This document shows, one piece after another, positions 34,898 through 42,656 of a DNA stretch of 42,656 bases (positions are counted from its first letter, which is position 1; each line of letters starts with the position of its first letter). The position numbers and the translations under genes were made by a program. Origin of the DNA: Octopus sinensis. Its lineage: Eukaryota. Below the pieces are notes generated by a model that ran no database searches, was not told the DNA's origin, and saw only the letters and a program-made list of their open reading frames with translations. The DNA is taken from positions 1-42,656 of the forward strand of contig NW_021835088.1 in assembly GCF_006345805.1 (NCBI RefSeq). Direction: 5' to 3'.

Positions 34898-35307
34898 GTA
34901 TATATGTATCCTTTATCTCGTATCATTTACTTGCTTCAGTCATTAGACTGTGGCCATGCTGGGACACCACCATGACTTCCTTTTTATTAAGCCCAGTACT
35001 TATTTTATCGGCCAGACACACACACAGACACGTGTATGAATGTATGAATACATATATATATATATATATATTATATATACATATATATATATATATGTAT
35101 ATATATATACATACATAAAACTTGTATGCATGTATGTATGTATGTATGTATGTATGTGTGTACGTACGTACTACGTATGCATGCATGTATGAATGCATGC
35201 ATGCATGTATGTATGTAATGTATGTATGTATGTATGATATGTATGTATGTGTATGTTTTATTTTTATTATTTTGTTATATGATGAAACGCCACGCATGTA
35301 TGTATGT

Positions 35308-35351
<44 letters not shown>

Positions 35352-35502
35352 ACATACATTCATACACGTGTCTGTGTGTGTGTCTGGCCGATAAAATAAG
35401 TACTGGGCTTAATAAAAAGGAGGTCATGGTGGGTCCCAGCAGGCCACAGTCTAATGACTGAAGCAAGTAAATGATACGAGATAAAGGATACATATATACA
35501 TG
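34898..35502. repeat. Local inverted duplication (~150-bp arms) around a microsatellite spacer
   Basis: 34898-35050 is inverted relative to 35352-35502. The arms contain a diverged SINE C segment plus shared flank. Confidence 0.85.
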
Positions 35503-36491
35503 TATGCATGCATGCATGCATGTATGTATGTATGTATGTAGCATGCATGCATACATACATGCATGCATGCATGCATGCATACATACATAAATACATGCAT
35601 GCATGCATGCATACATACATACGTACATAACAAAGTAAAGTTGTAAGGTACCGCACGAGTGGAAATATATTTGAAAGAAGGTTTGAAAATGCAATTTTAG
35701 AGATGTTTATTGATTTGTCCAGTTTCAGTTTTTTATAAATAGAGGGTCAAAAGTAAAATATAAAGCTTTGTATAAGTTTTGTTGTGTATAAAACTTATTA
35801 TAAGTTTTGTATAAGTTTTGTTGTGTTAAAAATCAGAGATACATTCTTTGATAATAATAAGAAAATGTTAAAAACAGCTTACAAAAAAAGTATTTAAGAA
35901 AGTATTCTGAATGTATGTTTATGGGGGTGTGCCACTTATTGGGACTGAACTCTGAGCCATGTGGTTATCAAGCAAACTTCTTACCACACAGCCACGCATG
36001 CACCTATACATGGACGTTGATTTAAAATATGTAAAGAAAGAGACCCGAGTATTGCTTTTAACCGTTTTCTTAAATGTTATTTTACTCTGGTCAATGCGAG
36101 TACAATTTTTATCGACGACCCTAAATGTATAAGCTCAGATAAAGATATATATATATGTATGTATATAGTCACATAATTATATATATTTTAATTACTGTAT
36201 ATATATGTGTGAGTGCGTGTAGAAATAAGTATGCAGCTATGCTCATCAGATCAGAATGAATAGGTGTACGTTTGACTGTTCGAGGGTGTTTGTGCGTGTG
36301 CGGCTACACATACACCTAATATACATCTATTTTCATACATGTAAATATGTATGTATATATGTGTGTATGTATAAGTATATAAGTGTGTGTGCATATATAT
36401 ATATATATATATTATATATAATATATATATGTATGTATACTTGTATATATAGTACATCAGTGTATGTGTGTGTGTGCATACAAACACACAC

Positions 36492-36536
<45 letters not shown>

Positions 36537-36700
36537 TCAAGTACAACACAGCTACACACAAAGAAATGATATATTATGATAAATACATAAATATAGACAC
36601 ACACACATATACATATACATTATAATGTATATATATATATGTAAATATATGTTATATATATGTAATATATATATATATATATATATAATATATATATATA

Positions 36701-36744
<44 letters not shown>

Positions 36745-37127
36745 AATAAACACACACACCAAAAGAAATATTAATATTTGTGTGTATTTGTATACGTGCT
36801 TGTATTGTGTGTATGTGTGTGTGTACGTGTGATTGTGTGTATTTCTAAGCAACAAAAAAAGCTATGGCTATTTCACAGTAATATTAGCAAGCCATTCACT
36901 GGCTCCCATATATTTACTCAACCAATTAAAACCATTGAAAGATCTCCTACGGCGTTCAGCTCTTCTGCTTCTTTGTCGACAAACAACAAACCGAGCAACG
37001 AGACTTTTTCATCTCTTCAAACATGGTTGCCTTCACACTAAATTATTTCACATCGAATTCGTTCAGGTAACTAGAGGTAAGCAGCAGCAGCAGCAGAGGA
37101 GTAATAACATTAATAATGCTAATGATG

Positions 37128-37158
<31 letters not shown>

Positions 37159-37227
37159 GAAGAAGAAGAAGAAGAAGAAGAAGAAAAAGAAGAAATCGCC
37201 AGCGTTAGAAACTGTGCAAAGACAATA

Positions 37228-37297
<70 letters not shown>

Positions 37298-37877
37298 GTA
37301 ATAATGATAACAACAACAACAACAATAATAATAATAATGGCTTCAAAAATTAGGGGGATGGGGCAAGTCGATTACGCTAGTATTTATTTCATCGATTCCT
37401 ACAGGATGAAAGGCAAAGTAGGCCTCGGTGATGGTGATGATGAATTCTCTTGTTAGCCACAGGAGCATCAGTCAGCACTTTCTGTAAATGATTCCTGGAT
37501 CATTGACAGAGGATACAATCGAAGGGAAAGAAAGTGGCCTAAGTATTAAATTTAGTTTAGAAATCAGTTTATATTTTGGCACCGGTTGGCGAAAGCCTCG
37601 TAAAACACAACATACATACACACATACACACATACACACATACATACATACATACACACATACATACATACACACATACATACATACACACATACATACA
37701 TACATACATACATACATACATACATACATACATACATACATACATACATACATACATACATACATACATGCAAATTTATCTCTATATTTGTGTGTGTGTG
37801 TGTTTTGCCGCTCAGCTTATATTAACTAAGTGACAAAACATTTTGAGCGAAGAGAGTTACCGGTGTTTCTAAATATG

Positions 37878-38030
37878 CGGAGGCCCGTAGATTAGTGGTT
37901 AGAGTGTTGGACCCATGATTGTAAGGTTGTGGTTTCAATTCCTGGAACAGGTGGTGCATTGTGTTCTTGAGCAAAACACTTCATTTCACGTTGCTCCAGT
38001 TCACTCAGCTGGCGAAAATGAGTAATCTCG
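37878..38030 (+). mobile_element. tRNA-derived SINE family D (5' part)
   Basis: GGAGGCCCGTAGATTAGTGGTTAGAGTG...GGTTTCAATTCCTGG...GCATTGTGTTCTTGAGCAAAACACTTC. Confidence 0.8.
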
Positions 38031-38279
38031 AGACGGAGCGGAGTCCAAAGAAAAATTATATGGGCCACAAAATGCGCATAAATCGGCCTTGTGAACCTCT
38101 GGCTCGGGCAAGTCCTTTGATCCATTTCGATCTTTAAAGTAGGCCTAGATGTGTGGCAAGAAGCTTGCTTCCCAACCACATGGTCCCGGTTTCAGTCCCA
38201 CTGCGTGACACTTTGAGCAAGAGTGAGAAACATTAGGAGAGAGATGAGGAGTCTAGAAGTGGAGGGAAACAGAATACCG

Positions 38280-38720
38280 AGAGAGAAAGAAAGAAAGAAA
38301 GAAGCAAGAAGAAGCAAGAAGAAGAAGAAGAAGAAGAAGAAGAAGAAGAAGGAGAAGAAGGAGAAGAAGAAGAAGAAGAAGAAGAAGAAGAAGAAGAAGA
38401 AGAAGGAGAAGAAGAAGAAGATGATGAAGAAGAAGAAGGATGAAAAGGAACAAGAAGCGGGGGAAGAAGAAAAGAAGAAAAGGAAAGATGATGATGAGGA
38501 GAAGGAGTTGGAGGAAGCGGACAAGAAGAGAATGAGAAGGCAATAACGAGGGCGTTGAAGGTGGTAATGATGATGATGATAATGATGATAGCAAAGAGGT
38601 AGATCATGATGATAAAAAAAAGTAGAAAAGATGTATGAAGGGGAGAGAGAGACAGAAGAGAGACAGAGAGAGAGAGAGAGAAAGAAGAAAGAAGAAAGAA
38701 GAATGAAGGAAGAGGTGGAA
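38280..38720. repeat. (GAA)n purine-rich tract
   Basis: Direct inspection. It gives the poly-K, poly-F and poly-S ORFs. Confidence 0.9.
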
Positions 38721-39677
38721 GTGATAGTGAAGACATGTTGAGACAATCCAACAACAATAATAACAATGAAGAAAGAAATAAAAAAAGAAAAACAATAACA
38801 GAAAGAACAAAAATGCAATAAAAATACATGGAAAAACAATGAAATAAACTGGGAAAGAAAGGAACTTATTGGAAGGCCGCTTCAGTGGAGCGTGGCAGAA
38901 TAGACGGAAGGATGGTGCTAAGGGTACCGGGTGTTAATAGGGTGGCGCCGATTTGGGTGGGTGAGGGAGACGTTGAACGGGTGGGGTGATGGACGTTCAC
39001 TAGGAGTACATTTGACAGATCTAACACACACACACATACACACACATTCACACACACACACAGTCATGTACATCCCTACATTCATACAAGCATATACACG
39101 CATATATACGCCCACACGTATAAAACACGTACATGACAACGTTCAAACATATATATATGTGTGTGTGTAGGAATGTATATATATAAATTATATATACATA
39201 CATACATTATATATATATGTATAATAATATATATAATAGGGAGAGAGAGAGAGAGAGAGAGATATGTATGTATTATATATATATATTATATAGACAGAGA
39301 GGACATAGAGAACCGACATATGTACAGACGTATATACACATACACAAACATACCGAAAGATGTTAACGACTGTTCATACCTTGTGGGTGATCTACGGCTT
39401 TCAACAGCAAAGTTGAATACACACACACACACACACACACCACACATACACACATACTGCCAGACACACATACTCACACATATACAGCGAGTAGAATAGA
39501 GATATGTATACCTATTCTTTCTTTTACATGTTTCAGTCATTTGACTGCGGTCATGCTGGAGCACCGCCTTGCTATATACGCATATACATACACAAGTATA
39601 CATACATTTATTTGTGTGTATATATATATATCTATATATATCTGTGTTTGTGTGTGTATGTGTGAGTCAATGTATAT

Positions 39678-39733
<56 letters not shown>

Positions 39734-39819
39734 ATTAATCTTTATTCTTTCATGTTTCAGCCCTAAGACTGTGGCCATGCTGGGACACTGCGTGTGTAAA
39801 CACTTTTTGATTGACCAAT

Positions 39820-40330
39820 TCTAAGTGATTTGCTTTTGGTGAAGGAAGGAGTTCGACACTGCTGCCCTCTTTTGAGTTTCCTGCCTTGATATTGGTTCAT
39901 CTGGGATCATGGCTATCAAGAGGTCAAGTTCTTTTTTTGAAACCATCTACCCACCACTCTGTGGAAATTCCTTAGATGATTTGCTAAGGCATTAAATAGC
40001 TGTGAGCCCTTGAATCCCAAGCTATTTCAGTACATGGTCCACACCTTACTTGGGACTTTTGGAACAGTGCAGTAACGTCCAATTCGAGGTCTGGTATAAC
40101 TCTCAATTACAGAGTTTTGGTACCAGCTCTTCCAGTATCTTCCTCTCATATATCACTGTGTAATTCTACCGTTTTCGCTCCGATGAGTAGAGTCGTAGCT
40201 CTTTCAGTTCTCCCAGTAGCTTAGCGGTTCCATTAATGCAAACTTCGTCGCTGAATCGCCTCAAGTTCCCCATTTAATCCGACACTGTATGGTGACCACA
40301 GTTGAGAGCAATAATCCAGACGGCTGAAGA
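39820..40330 (-). mobile_element. CR1-clade LINE 3' fragment (post-RT C-terminus)
   Basis: My minus-strand translation across frameshifts: LKELRLYSSERKR..IY..KILEELVP..IESYT..RIGRYC.VPK..NSLGFKGSQLFNAL..HLRN..FKKELD..IPDEP..RAAVSNS. Confidence 0.8.
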
Positions 40331-40359
40331 CAAATGTGTTTATATATGTCAATGGTTTT

Positions 40360-40532
40360 TGTTCTCCACCCCCATCACCGCTTGACCACCAGTGTTGGTG
40401 TGTTTACGTCCCCATAACTTAGCGATTCGGCAAAAGGGACTGGGCTTTAAAAAATATGTTCTGGGGCCGATTTGTTCGACTAAAACACTTCAGGGCGGTG
40501 CTCCAGCATGACCGTAGTCAAATGACTGAAAC
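40360..40532 (+). mobile_element. SINE family C module
   Basis: GGTGTGTTTACGTCCCCATAACTTAGCGATTCGGCAAAAG...CAGCATGACCGTAGTCAAATGACTGAAAC. Confidence 0.8.
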
Positions 40533-41209
40533 ATCCCATTCTATATATCACTCCAGCTTTATAGCACCATCATCCTCAGCATCATCATCATCATCATCAT
40601 CCACCTTACCACTAAGAATGCCACCGCCACCATCCTCGTCATCATCATCATCATCATCATCACCGTTAAGAGAATTATTTCCCGCCACGCCGTCACCTAC
40701 ACCACAATAACCTTTTTTTATTACATTAAATCCGACAATCCTATGACCACCACTACTACAGTTTTCACCGCCTCCATCACAACCGACTACAAGACCACAA
40801 ACACCATCACTACCATCAATATCACAACCACTTCCACCCCCACAACCACCACCACCACTACCACCACCACCCCACACATACTACCCACACATACTACCCC
40901 ACACGTACTACCACTCATACTACCTGCACCACTACGACTGCAGTAACTTCACAACTCCACCTCTAATAGGTCCACCACCACCACCATCACGATCACAATC
41001 AACCGTCATTTTTATCATCCTTGCGACCTCCAGGGCCACCACCACTACCGCAGCTATAGCAGCAGCAACCCCACCAATGCCATCGCCACCACAACTACCC
41101 CCTTCACCACTACGCCGCATCTACAAAAGCTAAACGTTGGCGTCAGATGGACGCCACGCCTCCCTGACCACTACAAGCAATGATGACTCAATTTCAATAC
41201 CTATATATA

Positions 41210-41269
<60 letters not shown>

Positions 41270-41841
41270 GTATTATATATGTATATCATATATATATATA
41301 TATATATATTATATGATATATTATATACCACCCCGCTATTTCTTTATTCATTGGCTGTTTGTTTTCCCTTCTATTCCGCCATTGAATCTCATCAAACGCT
41401 TCTTCGTCCCTAACTTATTAAACGCTCAATCTCTTCTTCGGCAGCCATTTTTCTTTCTCTCTGTATGTCTTCCTTTTTCATCGCTGTCGTTATTGCAGCT
41501 ATTACTGTTGTTGTTGTTTTGTTGTTGTTGTTGTTGTTGTTTTTGTTGTTGCTGATGCTGATGATGATGCTGTTCTTGTTCTAGTTGATGTTGTTGTTGC
41601 TGTTCTTGTTGATGTTGTTGTTCTTGTTGTTGATAGATAAGCAGAATCGTTAGAGCGTCGGAGAAAATCTTTTGTGTTATCAGTTCAAATCCTATTGACA
41701 TCTGCTGTGACTCTCATCCTTTCAGGGTCGATTAAAACAAAGTGCTAGTTTCATCAGCACCAGATACCAAGGGAGGCAACTCTCAACTGTCTGGGAAACG
41801 ACACATCCTTTATCGTTGATCAGTCAGTATCATTTAGTACT

Positions 41842-42063
41842 AAGGCGGCGAGCTCACAGAAACGTTAGCATGCCAAGAAAAAATGCTTTGCGGTATTTCG
41901 TCCGACTTTACGTTCTGAGTTCAAATTCCGCCGAGGCCAACTTTGCCTTTCATCTTTCGGGGTTCGATAATATAGGTACCAGTTGAACACTGGGTTCGAT
42001 GTAATCAACTTATCCACCCCCACCCTCCTGAAATTGCAGGTCTTGCGCCAAAATTTGAAAACA
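41842..42063 (+). mobile_element. SINE family B
   Basis: AAGGCGGCGAGCTCACAGAAACGTTAGC...GTTCTGAGTTCAAATTCCGCCGAGG. Confidence 0.85.
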
Positions 42064-42203
42064 ATATTATCTGGTACTGAAGAGGACAAACAAGTTCGAA
42101 TTGCATCCATCAAATAGAGAGCGATCTCAGTTGACACTTTTTTTTTGTATTAAGCGAGAATTTTTTTCTCTGCGACAAATATATATATATTAATGTGTGT
42201 GTG

Positions 42204-42240
<37 letters not shown>

Positions 42241-42254
42241 CGTGTGTTTGTGTC

Positions 42255-42466
42255 TGTGTTTGTTCCCCCACCATTACTACTTCACAACCTGTGCTGGTGT
42301 ATTTACGTTTCCGTAACTTGGTAGCTTGGCAAATGAGATCGATAGAATAAGTACTAGGCTTCAAAAAATAAGTCTTGGATTCGATCTGTTCGACTAAATC
42401 TCTTCAAGGTGGTGCTCCAGCATGACCACAGTCAAATGACTGAAACAAGTAAAAGAATAAAAGAGT

Positions 42467-42470
<4 letters not shown>
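42255..42470 (+). mobile_element. SINE family C module
   Basis: GATAGAATAAGTACTAGGCTT...CAGCATGACCACAGTCAAATGACTGAAACAAGTAAAAG. Confidence 0.8.
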
Positions 42471-42516
<46 letters not shown>

Positions 42517-42656
42517 TAGATAGATAGATAGATAGATAGAGATATGATAGATAGATAGGTAGATAGACTATTTTTGTATAAAATTTTAGCGACATCAGAT
42601 AGCTCCAGAATATTTTGGCGAAGCAGTAAGAAAGAACAAGAGCACTCAGAGAGGCG

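Noticed and set aside
11016-37066. Other AG...GT-bounded open segments (11016-11046, 15402-15534, 21549-21640, 36879-37066)
   Set aside because: Splice-like signals occur by chance at this density, the peptides are unrecognisable, and no consistent multi-exon model emerges.

Overview
AT-rich, microsatellite-saturated animal genomic DNA. The SINE families and LINE fragments look like those of octopus (coleoid cephalopod); this is my recognition, not a database result. No protein-coding gene can be named. Recognisable protein remnants are a DD37D (maT-type) Tc1/mariner transposase pseudogene (7284-8283), the C-terminal GIY-YIG endonuclease of a Penelope-like element (PLE; 17491-17802), a Tx1/L1-like LINE 3' end and a CR1-like LINE 3' end. 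There is a CpG-rich promoter-like patch at about 20065-20270 and two possible minus-strand exons at 9117-9458. The main result is that about 13 type I hammerhead-ribozyme folds can be drawn by hand, from complete to decayed. They sit in several unrelated non-coding elements that share one architecture: insertion into (TA)n tracts, a 5' inverted segment and/or head-to-tail multimers of about 480-550 bp, and a self-complementary stem III whose sequence differs by family. The best examples are a 530-bp trimer with three intact ribozymes (25191-26681) and a 279-bp-arm palindrome with one ribozyme on each strand (21845-22520). One such element still carries the PLE endonuclease. This suggests a diverse population of PLE-derived, retrozyme-like RNAs. 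All folds were drawn by eye and none has been tested.
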